Shown: positions 42,901 through 57,070, counted from the stretch's first letter. The stretch is DNA of 64,000 nucleotides from the human T2T-CHM13v2.0 reference genome, Homo sapiens (GCF_009914755.1 NC_060937.1), one strand, 5' to 3'. Notes: generated by a model not told the origin, from the sequence alone. A program made the numbers and translations.

Positions 42901-45900
42901 TAATTTGAAGATCTAGAAGAAATGAACAAATTCCTAGACACATACCAAGATTGAACCAGGAAGAAATTCGAAACATGAACAGACCAATAACAAGTAACAA
43001 GAGCTAAGTTGTAATCAAAAGGCTTCCAGTAATTTAAAAAAAAAAAAAGCCTATGAGCTGACTTTAAATGACCAAACCTTTAAAAAAGAACAAATACCAA
43101 TTCTATTGAAACTATTTCTAAAAGTGGTGGAAAAGGGAATACTTCCAAACTTATTCTACGAGGCCTCTATTACCCTGATATGAAAACCAGACAAACACAC
43201 ATGAATAAATAAGAACTACAGGCCAATATCACAGATGAATATTAATGCAAAAATTCTCTACAGAATACTAGCAGACTGAATTCAACAACACATTAAAAAG
43301 ACCACTCATCAGAACCAAGTGGGATTTATCCCAGGGATGCAAGAATGGTTCAGCATATGCAAATCAATCAATATGATACATCATATTAACAGAATAAAAG
43401 ACAAAAACCATATGACCATTTCAATTAATGCTGAAAAAGCATTTGATAAAATTCAACATCCCTTCATGATAAAAACCCTGAAAAAAACTGGTATTGAGGG
43501 AACATACCTAAACATAATAAAAGTCCTATACAACTTTTGTGTGTCCTATGATACACAGCTAGCATCATACTGAATGGGGGACAAATGAAAGCCTTTTCTC
43601 TAAGATCTGGAACACAACAAAGATGTCGTCTGTCACCATAATTATTCCATATGGTACTGGAAACCCCAGCTAGAGCAATTAGACAAGAGAAAAAAATAAA
43701 GGGCATCCAAACTGGAAAGGTGGAACTCAAATTATCCTTGTTTGCAGATGATATGATCTTATATATGGAAAAACTTAAAGACTCCACCAAAAAACCCCAA
43801 AACTATTAGAACTGACAAACAATTTGTAAAGTTCCAGGATACAAAATCAACATACAAAAGTTAGTAGCATTTTTACATGCTAACAATGGGCAATCTGAAA
43901 AAGAAATTAAGACAATAACTTCATTTATCATAGCTACAAATAAAATAAAATGCCTAGAAATTAGCTTAACCAAAGAAATGAAATATCTGTACAATGTAAA
44001 CCACATAACACTGATGCAATAAATCAAAGACGAAACACAAAAATGGCAAAACATTCCATGTTCATGGATTGGAAGAATCAATATTGTTAAAATGTCCATA
44101 CTACCCAAAGCAATCTATAGGTTTAATACAATTCCTATCAAAATGTCAATGACATTCTTCACAAAAAAAAATCCTAAAGTTTATATGGAACTACAAAAGA
44201 CTCAGAATAGCCAAAGCTATCCTAAGCAGGAAGAACAAAACTGGAGGAATCACATTACCTGACTTGAAATTATACTACAGAGCTATATTAACAATAATAA
44301 CATGGTGCTGGCATAAAAACAGACACATAGACCAGTAGAACAGAATAAAGAGCCCATAAATATACTCGTAAACTCACACATCTACAGTGAACTTATTTTT
44401 GACAAAGATTCTAAGAACATACATTGGGGAAAGGACAGTCTCTACAATAAATGGTGCTGGGAAAACGGGGTATTCATATGCAGAAGAATGAAACTAGACA
44501 CCTCTCACCTTACACAAAAATCAAATAAAAATGGATTAAATACTTAAATCTAAGACATCAAACTATGAAACTACTACAAGAAAACATTGTGGAAACTCTC
44601 CAGGACATTGGAATGGGCAAAGACTTCTTGAGCAATACCGACAGGAACAGACAAAACAACAACAACTACAACAAAAAACAAACCAGAAATGGACAAATAG
44701 GATCACATCAAGTTCAAAAGCTTCTGTACAGCAAAAGAAACAATCAACAAAATGAAGAAACAACCCCCAGAGTGGGAAAAATATTTGCAACTACCTATAA
44801 GACAAGGGATTAATAACCAGAATATATAAGGAGCTCAAACATCTCTATAGGAAAAAATCTAATAATCTGATTAAAAAATGGGCAAATACCTGAATAGACA
44901 TTGCTCAAAGGAGCCATACAAACAGCAACAGGTATATGAGAAGATGCTCAACATCATTGATCATCACAGAATTGCAATCAAAACTACAATGAGATATCGC
45001 CTCACCCCAGTTAAAATGGCATTTATCCAAAAGACAGACAATAACCAATGCTGGCAAGGATGTGGAGAAAGGGGAGCCCTCGGATACTGTTGGTGGAAAT
45101 GTAAATTATTACAGTCACTTTGAAGAACAGTTTAGAGGGTCCTCAAAAAGCTAAAAATAGAGGTACCATATGATCCAACAATCCCTCTGCTAGGTATAAA
45201 CCTAAAAGAAAGGAAATCAGTATATCAAAGACTATTCACAATAGCCAAGATTTGTAAGCATCCTAAGTGTTCATCAACAGATGAATGGATAAAGAAAATG
45301 TGGTACATATATAAAATGGAGTGCTATTCAGCCATAAAAAGAATGGGAGGCTGTCGTTTGCAACAACATAGTTGGAAATGGAGGTCATTATGTTAAGTGA
45401 AATAAGGCACAGAAGGACAGACATTGCATGTTCTCACTTATCTGTGGGAGCTAAAAATTAAAACAATTGAATTTACAGAGATAGTAGGAGGATAACTACC
45501 AGAGGCTGGGAAGGGTGAGTGGGCTGTGAGGAAAGGGAAGGTGGTTAAAGGGTACAAAAAATAGAATAAATGGGATCTAGTGTTTGCTGGCATAACAGGG
45601 TGACTACAGTAAAAAATAATTTAATTGCGCATTTTAAAATAGCAAGAGGAGTGTAATTGGATAGTTTTAAACACAAAGGATAAATGGATGAGGTGATGAA
45701 TACCCTATTTACCCTGATGTGATTGATGCAGGAATTAAAAAGAAGTTACTTAGGCAGATAGTAAGAGTATGGAAGTCCTCAGTAAGGTTTTCCTTTTAAT
45801 GAAAAGCAGCTCCAAAATTATTTTCTTTTCTAACAAAGAACATCCTGTAAAATCGAGCTTCAGACATAAACAAGCAAGCTGGAAGCTTGCATGGGTTAAT

Positions 45901-46426
45901 GCCAGCAGTTGTGCCCATAGGAATATACTGCCTGGGACTAGGCAAGTTCAAAATGGCAGCTTTATCTTCTCTTTTGCTAGCCACGTGTACAGTAAGGAGC
46001 AGACAAGTGGAAAGCCCATTTGCATAATAAGATCAGGGTAGGGCGAACAGCCTTCCCTGGGCACTATGTAAACATCATGCCTGGTCAAACCAATCTGTGA
46101 GCCCTACATAAATCAGACATCACGTCCTCAAGCCTGCCTATAAAATAGGTTGCAGTCTGCCACTTTTCCCTTTTTCAGACTCCTATCTCTCACGAGAGAG
46201 AGAGCTGCTCTCTTCTCTCCTTTCTTCTGCCTATTAAACTTTCCATTATTTAACCCACCCACGTGTCCATGTCTTTAATCCTCTTGGCATGAGATGACAA
46301 AGCCTGGGTATTTACCCCAGTGATGCCGCTTCATGATTATTACACATTGCATGCCTATATCAAAATATCTCATGTAATTCTTAAATATATATACCAATGT
46401 AACCAACATTAAAAAAAATTTTTTTT
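39977..46426 (+). mobile_element. End-to-end L1MA2/3-type element with an internal deletion
   Basis: 5' end gagcaagatggcagaatag; ORF1 relic (ENMTSQNEQN..ELSNREFKIAVLRKLKEIQDN); RT relic ([24 protein letters not shown], ttgtttgcagatgatatg = LFADDM); L1MA 3' UTR; TSD aatgacta(ag/ca)acat (39963-39976, 46427-46440). Confidence 0.9.
45724..46333 (+). mobile_element. LTR9-family solo LTR (ERV1, HUERS-P3) in the L1MA 3' UTR
   Basis: TG...CA ends; 4 bp TSD TGAT; matches recalled LTR9 (taggcagatagt, cctgtaaaatcgagc, ggtatttaccccag); CCAAT 46090, TATAAAA 46139, ATTAAA 46233. Confidence 0.88.
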
Positions 46427-46479
46427 AATGACTACAACATATCTCCCTCAAGTTCTAAACATTAGAACTGATTGGGGAG

Positions 46480-46781
46480 GGCCAGGCATGGTGGCTCACG
46501 CCTGTAATCCCAGCACTTTGGGAGGCCGAGGTGGGCGGATCATGAGGTCAGGAGATCGAGTCCATCCTGGCTAACAAGGTGAAACCCTGTCTCTACTAAA
46601 AAGACAAAAAATTAGCTGGGCATGGCGGCAGGCGCCTGTAGTCCCAGCTACTCGGGAGGCTGAGGCATGAGAATGGCGTGAACCCGGGAGGCAGAGCTTG
46701 CAGTGAGCCACTGCACTCCAGCCTGGGCGACTGAGCAAGACTCCATCTCAAAAAAAAAAAAACAAAAGAAAAAAGAAAAAA
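46480..46781 (+). mobile_element. AluY
   Basis: gaatggcgtgaacc and gagcttgcag diagnostics; short right-arm deletion; partial TSD agaactgat. Confidence 0.94.
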
Positions 46782-46799
46782 AGAACTGATGGTTAGATG

Positions 46800-47005
46800 T
46801 TAGGTTTAAACAGCAATGGATTTCAGTCCAAGGACCAGGACCCTTGTGCCAGTTGCTCAGAGACAGCTATAATATCACTTTATGTTGTTGGATCTCAGCC
46901 TTTTTCTCTGTGAAAAGTGGAAATTCCAGACCTAGACTGTCTCACAGTCTTGCAATTGGGATCAAGTAAGAAACTACATATGAATAAGGTATTAGGTAAT
47001 TGACT
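46800..47005 (+). mobile_element. MIR fragment
   Basis: tctcagcctttttctctgtgaaaagtggaaat...ctcacagtcttgcaattgggatcaagtaaga. Confidence 0.5.
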
Positions 47006-47849
47006 ACAATCTGAAATAGTGGGTGTTTACATACACTTACTATGTTTCTCTTACCAGAGGAGTTCACTTACCAGTCAGTGAGTAAGTTTTGATTTCTACC
47101 ACATGCCCAAAATTCCACTGGTCAAAAGTAGTTAGTTCATGTCTGCTCTTGCCTTAGCCAACTGTTCATTATACGGAAAGACCAGCAGTTTTGTTAATAG
47201 AGCCATGGAAAGCTCAAAAGGAAAATATGCACTTGCTCCTTCTTCTAAGAACTAGCATTCTCCAGAATGGTAGATATTATTTTGATGGAGATTATTGTCC
47301 TCCTGGTAATATTTTCTCTTCAAAAGAAAATTACCTCTCCCATCATTTGGATAATAATTTTAAAGAATTGTGTCTGCAATAATACCACCGATACAGGATA
47401 CAGTGGACAAGAAGGAAATGGAACAATAGAATGAAGGGAAGAAACTGTTAAAAACTGAAAAAAGCAGGGAGAATTGTGGAAGGATTGAGAATGAAAAACT
47501 AGTAACAAAGACATTCTGAAAGAGAGATGCTAATTTAGCAGGAAAGATAGTACAATTTTCAGATCAACTTAGAAAACCACATTACATAACTCATCTTGAG
47601 TATCTTGACTACGTCGCACAAACAGACAAAAAAAAAAAAACACACTTCAAAGTGATAATTTTAGAAGAAAAGCCAACCAGTACATGGATCTGTGTTGACT
47701 CCTACGTGTGGAAAGCGGGATGGTCTAGTTGAAATGCCTATTTATATAGCTTACTATGTAGACATAGTGATTTAATAACTCTGCAGTTATGTATATAATT
47801 GACAGTCTTATCTTTTATTCATTTTTCCAGGGTTGTGTTTACTACAGAC

Positions 47850-48012
47850 TGTCTCATCTTGGAGTTGTTTATGTCCCTGTCTGTCTTCTTTACCAGGGGG
47901 TGGATTCCTACAGGTCCAAGCCAGGTATAATTCAATTCTGTATCACTGACAGCCCCTAGCACAATGTCTATCACACACTAAAGCTTTAACAAACTCTTAA
48001 AAGTGAATTGAA
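47850..48012 (+). mobile_element. L2 3' end
   Basis: tctgtatcactgacagcccctagcacaatgtctatcacac...gtgaattgaat. Confidence 0.55.
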
Positions 48013-49694
48013 TTATTTCAGACTTTATTATCTTCTCTTTCTGTGTGCATCCGTGTGTGTGTTTGGTGGGGGTGGGGGGGCGGTCTGTGTGTTAAGCTTT
48101 TCTGGAGAATTGCATTTTGGTTTTAACTTCTGAAGTTAGAAATCTGTCAATAGTCACTAAAATACCAGGGGGCCAATTCTGATAACCTGTTTACTAAACA
48201 ATGCCTAGGGAGTAATTATCAATCTGTTCTTGATGGAGTCTGTCTGCACTCAGACTTAGGGTAAAGAGAAGTCTGGGTTACAGAAAGCAGACGGGGCAAT
48301 TATTCGCGACAGTGGGAAGAACAGGTAGAAGGGAGTAGTGGTGTGTATACAAATGAAATATAATACAAGCCATAATCCTTACCCTTAACAAAATTTAAAA
48401 TCTGTTTAGAGGAGAAGAAAAAGGCAACGGAACAACTAAGCAATTATCTGATAGAAGCAAATCACATATTTCTTTACATAATGGGAATATTTTGACAATG
48501 AGTGATAGAAGATATTACAATTGTTCCCCGCAACAAAACTGATTCAGCCTCATTATCCTCTATTTTTGTTTAGCTATCCCAGGGGAAGATGTCTAGTTCA
48601 AACCTTCCTGATTAGTTACTCCCACTCTGTTAGAGTTTGAAAACAGTCCTCTAGCACTGGAACCGAGGGACATGGCTCAGGTTGGCAAGATCATTATCCT
48701 CATCAGTGAACTTGATCTCCTGAGAGTCCTTTCAGATATATTGGAGAAGTGGCATTTGAAAGTAATTCCTGGTGTCTCTTAATTGAGAATAATATACACC
48801 TTCCTGATACAAGTGATACAGCTGCTTTTCTTCGCTTTACCCATATGTGGCAATTTTTCACTCAGACTGAGAATGTGTGTAAAGACCAGTGAGTGACTGT
48901 GACAACTGTGATTTTAGACAGATAGGCTGAACATAGAAAAGCCAAACCCGTCTGATGTCCTTGGCATTCTGAGTCTTGCTGTCTCTGCTTACACCAGCTC
49001 TCAGGCTAAAGGATGCTGCCATCGCCTAGTTGTTAGTTTCAAGTCCCATTGTCCTTATGGTGATTTTGGGGTTTTAGATCTAAAAATATCATAATATTAT
49101 TTTTTACTGGGGGATAAAGGTAAAAATGAAAAAATATTCCTTTATTATATGAAGAGGGAATGCTGTTTACAGGAGACATTGAAAACTCAGAGGCTTTTAA
49201 TGTTTCCTTCACTTTTCTGAATCCAAATGAGGATAGTAAAAGACCTAAAGATGAAAGGACAGAGTGTCATACTTAAACAAAGAATTATCTATTTCATGAT
49301 TACTTAAGTCAATTGGTTGTGTTCACATCTGAAGTTGCTAATGGATTGTGCTTATGATACTAGGCAAAATGGCTATGATAATAGAGTTTAATACTGAAAA
49401 CTTGTAAAGCATATTTAAATAGTGTGAACACAGCAAAGAAGAAAAGGAGGGAGAGAGGGAGGGAGGGTGAAAGGGGGAAAAGTAACTGGTTTTGAATCAA
49501 AGAAGAACTTTGGAATTCACATGCTTATTTTTCCAACATATTTTAACATGAGAATATAAATTCTATAAAAAACAACTAAATTCACATTGCCAACTGCTTA
49601 TATACAGGAGAAGCCTTTGACAACTCTTTCTGTGTTTCTCTCTCCCAAATCTTGCCAACATAACAGCAAACATGAGACATGAGAGACTATATAT

Positions 49695-49958
49695 ACAGAA
49701 GTTAAGAACATAGGCTTTGGAACCAGCTTAATGAGTTGAAAGTATAATCAACCTCTTACCTACTGGGTGTCTTGGAAAACATTATCTACTCTGTCTGTGC
49801 CTGTTACCACATTACTCTATGCCTCAGTTTCCTTATCTGCAGATCTGGGATGTAATAACAGCACTTATCTCACAGAATTTTTGCAAAGGTTAAGTTGACT
49901 AGTACATCTAAAGCACTTAAAACAGAAACTGGCACATTGTAGGTGCTCAGCAAATTAG
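49695..49958 (+). mobile_element. MIR, near full length
   Basis: gttaagaacataggctttgga...tgcctcagtttccttatctg...taaagcacttaaaacagaaactggcacattgtaggtgctc. Confidence 0.85.
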
Positions 49959-50564
49959 ATACCCAGTCTCACAGTTCATTGACCATCCCATATAATTCTC
50001 CTTTCTATCTCAGCAGTTTACTTCCCAAGTCTTGGTCTTCTACTGTACACAGAATGACCCACTTTCAAACATTTAAATTTTGATATTCCTGGATCCTACT
50101 ATACCTGCTATGCTTTTATCTTTCTTCCTCCCTAACCTTGGTCTCCAACAACTTTGGAATTTTCTGTTCACATAAACAAAGTTAAAAGAGAAAAAACAGA
50201 TTGAGGGAAGATACTTGTAATCTATATTGACAAAGGAATAGCGTACAGAAATAAAAAGGTTTCCTACAAATCGCTAAGAAAAAAAGACTACTAGATGGAA
50301 AAGTGGCTGGCCAAATGGAATGAAAAGAAAATTCATGGAAAAAAAGGGAACATCCAAAACCATGAAAAGTAATCAGGAAAAGTAAAGCAAAAATGAAACA
50401 TTTCATACTTTATAAAACTGGCAATAATGTGATACCTAAATTTACCAAATGTTGGTGAGGATGTTTGATAGGAACTCTCAGATATTAGGAGTGGGAGTTT
50501 AAATTGGTATCCATACTTTGAAGTACAATTTGGCAACGCCTAGTAAAGCTAGGACGTTTGAGCA

Positions 50565-51110
50565 TTGGATACCGTTGGATGCCTACTAGTATCTTTTCTC
50601 AATCCCGTACCTTTTTTATAGAAAGCTGATTTTGTTTGCCTAGCCATTCCTTCCCCAGTACAGTTATGTGTTTCAATGGAAGAAGATATAACCCCCAGTT
50701 CTAGGAATGGGGTTGATTTTTTTTTCTAAAATGATTATATTGCCACTGGCAGTGACACAATTGCAGCTAATAAATTATAAGGGGAGGTCTTCTGGGAGTA
50801 TTCTGCAGAAAGATTATAATTCCTAAATGATTGTCCTAGGAAAAACAGCCTTCCCTCTTCTTGTGGGCACTTTTATTTGGATGTCACATTTGCAAATGTT
50901 TTAATCATTCCACTACTAGCCTGAAAAGAAGCCACACCCAGGATGACTGGGTGGAAGATGGAAGGGAATGGTTCCTTGACAACCTTATTGAGTCTTGAAT
51001 AAACCAACTCTATAATGCCAACTCCACCCTAAAATCTCCTTTTAAGTAAAATAAAAATGCTTTCATTTAAGCTAGGTTGCACTGAAAGTTTTCATTCTTA
51101 TTGGCAATAT
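50565..51110 (+). mobile_element. Old MaLR LTR (MLT1J/K-like)
   Basis: aaggggaggtcttctggg...ggaagatggaagggaatggttccttgac...aataaaaatgctttcatttaagc. Confidence 0.6.
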
Positions 51111-51499
51111 CAGACTATTTCTAGGTATGTATACCTCAGAACTCCCACTCAAATATAAACGGATGTATGTAGAAAGATGCATTTTGAAGCAATCTTTGTA
51201 AAATCCTCAAACTGCAAACAATTATCTATCTTCAATTGAATAGTTAAATATGCTTTAGTATAATTAAGTAATGGAAGACTATAAAGCAATTAAGAATGTA
51301 TTAAAATGAACACATTTGATCTGTTTTTATGGACACAGATATATATATCAAAATAATAATATACAGTGTAAAAAGAACAAGTTCCTGAACAATATGTACA
51401 GCATACCATTTGTGTAAACTATGTAACCACACAAAACAATACTATTTGGGGCCAATTGGAATGTACACATAGAATAATCACATCACAAATGATCAGTAA

Positions 51500-51805
51500 G
51501 GCTGGGCTCGGTGGGTCACGCCTGTAATCCCAGCACTTTGGGAGGCTGAGGCGGGTGGATCAGGAGGTCAGGAGATCAAGACCATCCTGGCTAACATGGT
51601 GAAACCCTGTCTCTACTAAAAATACAAAAAATTAGCCAGGTGTGGTGGCGGGTGCCTGTCATCCCAGCTACTCGGGAGGCTGAGGCAGGAGAATCACTTG
51701 GACCCGGGAGGCTTGGACCCGGGAGGCGGAGGTTGCAGCGAGCCAGATCATGCCACTGCACTCCAGCCTGGGCAACAGAGTGAGACTCCATCTCAAAAAA
51801 AAAGA
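51500..51805 (+). mobile_element. AluSc-like
   Basis: Full dimer; TSD aa(t/a)gatcagtaa; 15 bp tandem duplication cttggacccgggagg (51697-51726). Confidence 0.94.
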
Positions 51806-52807
51806 AAAGATCAGTAAAAACATACATACAATCATAATAGAGGGAGTGGATGAAACATGCTAGAGTTATAAACACAACTCTAAGTGTATCCATAATATTT
51901 TATTTCTGATCAAAATGTAAAACCATATATGAAGAAATGTTATCATTCGTTAATGCAGCTTAATGACAATATGGGTTTTTCTTATATTACTCTAATTTTC
52001 TGAATGCTTAAAATAATTCATAAATATTTTCAAAAATAAAATAAATTTTAAAATAAAGCCAATTAAAAGAAAGAAAAGAGATAAAGGAAGTGGAACTGGG
52101 GATGGGATTGTCTTTCACTATTAAATTAAAAGAGTTCTTTGTTGTTTGACTACTATAACTCGCATGAATTTCATTATAATTTCTTCAAAGCAGAGGGTTT
52201 TGAAGAGAAATTCAGTCTCTTTCAGACCACCAATTCCCTCTTTGTTGCAACTTCTTCCCTAGTTTGACTGGACAATATGGTGGTTTGCTGTATCCCCCTC
52301 TTCATAGGAACTTGTAGTTTTCTATGTGTCTTTGAGAAGTTCACAACATGTTGAAAATAAACATCAATGTATGAAACCGCTGGAGAATACTACACTCTTG
52401 GCATTCCTTCAAATCCTCCTTGATTTTCTCCCTAGCTCAAACCAATAGTCAAATTTTTCTTTTCCTAAGCCCAGCTATTGAGAAAATAATCACTGCAGTG
52501 ATTATTATGCGCTAATTTATTATGCGCCTTAATCCATCTTTAACCATCTCTGTGTGCTTTGGGTGACATCTTTCACTCCTGAAATTTTCATTACCACCAT
52601 ACACTTTGCCTCTCAAATGTGTAACTCCAGTCTAATCTCTACACTCAGCCTCAGGCTAGGCTTCAGCTTCGCTATTAGACTTCTCTATCCAGTTACATGA
52701 AGCAGAACACATTGTTTTACCCAACATAAGAATGGGCATGGTTAGGGTCAGTACTAGTAATCTATAAATGGAAGCTAGGCAAGATGCAGAATCGTGGACT
52801 GATCAAT

Positions 52808-53372
52808 GCAGTTCATTTAAAGATGGCGTTAACTTCCTGACACTCTTTTCATTGGCTCTGAAATTTTTGACCCTCTTCTCATTGAGAGGTAGGGCCCATG
52901 ACTCTTCTTCTTGCATATGTGTGGATTTTATGACTGTTTTGATGAATAAAACATGGCAAATGTTAACACTGTGCCAAATTCTGAGCCTAAACCTTAAGTC
53001 ACTAGTGGCTTCCATTTCCTCGCTCTCACCTCCTGACTGTGAGTTCTGCCACCACATCAGGAGTCCAGCTACCTCATGACCACCATGCTGGAGAGGCCAT
53101 GTAGAGCTTCCCCGGCTGCCAGTCTCTGCTCAACCCAGTGTTCCAACCACGCCCCTAAAGTGACAGATCTGTGAATAAACCATCTCAAGCCTTCCAGACA
53201 AACCCACTTACCAGCTGAAGACCACTGGGAGACCCTGCAGAGCCATGTGGAGCAGAAGAATCACGCACTGAGCCCTGCTCACATCTCTGACCCAGAAATC
53301 ATGAAATACAACAAAAGATTTTAAGATACTAAGTTTTTGAATTTGTTATCGAACGATAGACAACCATATAAC
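52808..53372 (+). mobile_element. MLT1G/H-like LTR (MaLR)
   Basis: accatgctggagaggccatg...ccatgtggagcagaagaatcac...tgacccagaaatcatga...actaagttt...tgttat...atagacaacc. Confidence 0.8.
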
Positions 53373-53499
53373 TCCCTCCTCTCCAGGGCTATTTAGTGGG
53401 CCTCCTAGAGCTCTACATATTTCTCACCCCTGAAACATTTTCCAATTGCTGTGGGACATTAACAAATATTTACATACTCTGTCAACGCAAAAAAAAAAA

Positions 53500-54115
53500 T
53501 TATATAAAGTAAAATTTTAAGATTCTCTTTTATTCCCTATTTTCATCCCTTTCTCCATCTCAAAGTTAATCACTGCTCCTATTAATGAATATTTAGATTA
53601 TTTCTAGTTTTTTATTAAATAAAACAGTGCTGCAGTTAACAGCCTTGCACATATTCTCTGTAAATTTCAGATTCATAGAAGTCAAATTACTGAGGCATAA
53701 GTTATTAAAATTATAATACATGACACCAAATTGCTCTCCCTCAAAACTAAAATCTTTGCTTATTTATATTGTCACCAATATTTCACAATAGTGTTCATTT
53801 ATCCAAATACTGGCCACCAATGGATGTTGTCATTTAGATTTTGCCACTATGAGTAAAAGAAGTGGTAGCTTATTGTTTTAATTGACATTTCTCTGATTAT
53901 TTGTGAAGTTTGTAGCATATTTTCATGTGTTTATTACTACTTGGGTTTCTTCTTCAGTGAATTCACTATTGATAATCCTTTTTAGAAAAAATTTTATTAG
54001 ATTGTCTCTTTGTGTTTATTGTTTTGTGGCAGCTCTTTGCATTCTGAATATTAATTTGTTGCCTGTTCTATATGCCACAAATACTTTTTTTCTAGTCTGT
54101 GGTTTGTCCTTTATT
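53500..54115 (-). mobile_element. L1ME-like fragment
   Basis: caccaaattgctctcc, agtggtagcttattgttttaattgacatttctctgattatt. Confidence 0.7.
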
Positions 54116-55319
54116 CATTAATTAATTTATTTAAAAGGTATTTATTGGAAACTTTGTGCCAGGCATTGTTACTAAATACCGGGAATACAGATGTGAGTAA
54201 GACAGAGTCCCACTCTCTTGCACTTAGTTTATTGTGGAAGATATACAGTAAACAATGAAAGACAGATGTAATGTTTTATAAGTGTTACAAAGAGTAATAG
54301 AGTTGGGTAAGTGACATACAATGATGAAGTGTGCTATTTAGATAGGCCAGTTAGGGAGGCCATTTGAGTGCCAAAATGAGCTGACATCTGGAGGCAAAAC
54401 ATTTCACTCTGAGGATGTAGTGTATGCAAAGGCCCTGAGATGAAGGAATAACTGTTGTGTTCCAGAAACTTGCAAGGAGGCTGGTTTGGCTAGAGGACCA
54501 CAGTCCTGTAAATTGTGGACTGTAGATTTACTTCACTGGAGGATGAAAGCTATTCAGCATTTTGAATAGGGAAGTAATGCAATCCGATTTCCATCTGAGA
54601 AGGACCAGGCTGGCCACTGGGCAAGATAGGCTGGGTGTGTGCACGTGTGGCAAGGGGTGTCGGGAAGAATGGGAGCTGAAAGATCACAGGGAAAGTCATC
54701 GCCTTACACAGGAGGTTATTTCAGTAGTACAGGCAAGAGATGACTAGACTGGAGTTTTGGCAATAAAGGTGGTAAAAAGTCACCAGATTACAAATATATT
54801 GTGAGTGTAAAGCTGACAAGTACAGTTGATGCACTATGAGGAGAAAGAGAGAAAAGATCATTCTAAGATGTTTGGCCTGAACACTAGGTGAGTGGTGGTG
54901 ACTTTTGCTGAGATGATGACTTGAAGCAAAAGCAAGGAAGAGCCTCACACATGTTGAGCTTGAGAAGCCTATTTGCTCTCTCACTGTCTTCTAGGCAGAA
55001 ATGCGAAGAAGTCTGGAGTTCAAGGGGGAGGCGGTGGAGGAGGTGGCAGGAACCTGTGGGTCACCAGTGCATAGACAATATTTAAAGCCATGGAACTCTA
55101 GAAATCAGTGTAGGCCTGGAGGTGAAGCTGTACCACAGCACTTCAATGTCCATGAGGGAAGAATAGGAGGAGACCCATCATGGAGGCCTTAGAAGAAATG
55201 AGCAGTGAGATGGGAGAAAACACAGGAAAGTGTGGGGTCCCAAAAGCCAAGGAAAGCATTTAGAACAGGGCCCGGTACACAGTAAATTAAAGTTAATTAT
55301 GTAGCTATTAGTATTTATC

Positions 55320-55460
55320 CTTTTGAAGCCCTATGGTCCCCAAGTAGTCCTTTCTTCTCTGACTTCAACTAGGACTGAGATCTGTGATAGCTTTGACCAG
55401 TGGAATATGGCAGGAGATATTGTTTATACCGGATTCCAAGCTCAAATATTAAGTGACCAA
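55320..55460 (+). mobile_element. MLT1-type LTR 5' fragment
   Basis: tgtgatagctttgaccagtggaatatggcaggag. Confidence 0.45.
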
Positions 55461-55568
55461 GAAATAGATTTAAATTGAGGATTTAGAAGAGACTATTCTA
55501 TTTGGAAATGCGAAGGTCATTGGTTACTTTGAGAAAAAAGATTTTAGTGGAGGGAGACACAAAATTCT

Positions 55569-55673
55569 TTTTTTTTTTTTTTTGAGATGGAGTCTCACTC
55601 CGTAACCCAGGCTGGAGTGCAATGGAGCGATCTCGGCTCACTGCAACCTCTGCCTCCCGGGTACAACAATTCT
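55569..55673 (-). mobile_element. Heavily 5'-truncated AluS (~105 bp)
   Basis: Poly-T plus the 3' third of the right arm; flanking repeat ...acaaaattct on both sides. Confidence 0.9.
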
Positions 55674-56359
55674 GAAGGCAGACAAAATTCTAAGTGAATT
55701 GGTCTCTAGAGAGAATGGCAGAGGAGATGGGCACACCAAGTCCATTTCAGAGAAATTTTGCCTTAGAGAACAGCCAAACTCTTCGGGGCAATTTAATTGT
55801 TCTAAAGCAATAAGAAGGTTTACTTTATTTTTGTAATATGGGAGATGTTCTTCTAAGATGTTTGTATAGTAATAACAATGAGCCAATAGATTAACGGTGT
55901 CAAAGAGAGAGCAGACAATTGCAGAAACAAGTTCTCGAGCAGATTGGAAGCTATGTGAGTCAGTGCACAAGCAAAGACTCTGAGTTTAGCTAAGAGCACA
56001 GATTTTTTATCCATTTATAAGAAGAAGCAACAAGTAAAATATCCAATGCACAGCAGGTGGACTGGTCGATGTGTTGGTCAGAGAACAAGGAATTGTTCTA
56101 ATTTATTAATTCTATTTTCTCAGTGAAATAAGAAGATCATCAGCTGAGAATGAGAAGGAAGGAGTGGGTGTTAGAGGTTTGTAAAGAAACGGGAATGAAT
56201 GGGCTGTTTGACTTGGGCAATGTAACTTCAGTACAAAACTTTTCAAAGCACCCTGAGCGGCAGCTAGAGATGGGTGATCACATTAAAGTTGGTCTGGTGT
56301 GTTCTTATTCAGCCATTTTTTTAGTCTCCAGCTGCATGGTTTATGTTAATTATGGCATC

Positions 56360-57070
56360 TTTAATCACATGTAAGTTTTTTTTTCTCTTCGTGCCGTTAA
56401 CTCAGATTGGCTAATTTTTCCTGTATGGATTCTTGAATTTGTACATTCTTAAGAAGGCTCCACTTCTACCTTGAAATTACAAAACAAAATGAACAGAAAA
56501 CTTCACTATTTTCTTATAATCTTGTCATAATAAATACTAACATTTTATTCCACGTGGCCTTTTCTGTATTCATAAGTGTGTGACTTATTTTTCTCAAAAT
56601 GGATAATATGATGTTTCAACATTATTTTTCAAAAATCCACCTTTTCTTCTCTGAAATGTTATATTGGTCATGTGTATGGGCTTATTTTTGGACTTCTGCA
56701 GTTGTTTCATTCGTCCTTCCTGCATTCTTACCCCTTTGGTTTAATTACTGTGGTATTTTTTCAGTATTTCTAGTAAAAGTCACCATCCAAATCTCTTTTT
56801 CAAAAGTTTTATGGCAATCCTTGAGAATTTTATCTTTCAGATGAAATTTATCTTCCAGATGAGTCCAATTCAATATAATAATCTCTTTGTAAAGCATCAT
56901 TTAAAATTCAGAAAAGATTTTGATTGGGATTTAATTGAATGTATAGATTAGTTTGGGGAATATTAACATTTACAACCTGATATTTTTCCATAGAGAAGCC
57001 TGTTATTCTCAATATTTATTTGGGTCTTCATTTATGCACTTCAAAACAGTTTTATAGGTTTCTTCAATGC
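56360..57070 (-). mobile_element. L1ME-like ORF2 fragment
   Basis: gattttgattgggatttaattgaatgtatagattagtttgggga, ggtcatgtgtatgggcttatttttggactt. Confidence 0.7.

Larger units (their letters stand above)
50170..52060 (+). mobile_element. L1ME-like 3' region, interrupted by an MLT1 LTR and an Alu
   Basis: accaaatgttggtgaggatg, taaattggtatccatactttggaagtacaatttggcaa, cagcataccatttgtgtaa; A-rich end near 52050. Confidence 0.7.
54115..56340 (-). mobile_element. Long L2 fragment with nested small inserts
   Basis: tatttattgg...tgtgccaggcattgtt...gcaaaggccctgag...caggcaagagatga...gaagtctggagttcaaggg...aagccaagg...atcatcagctgagaatgag. Confidence 0.8.
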
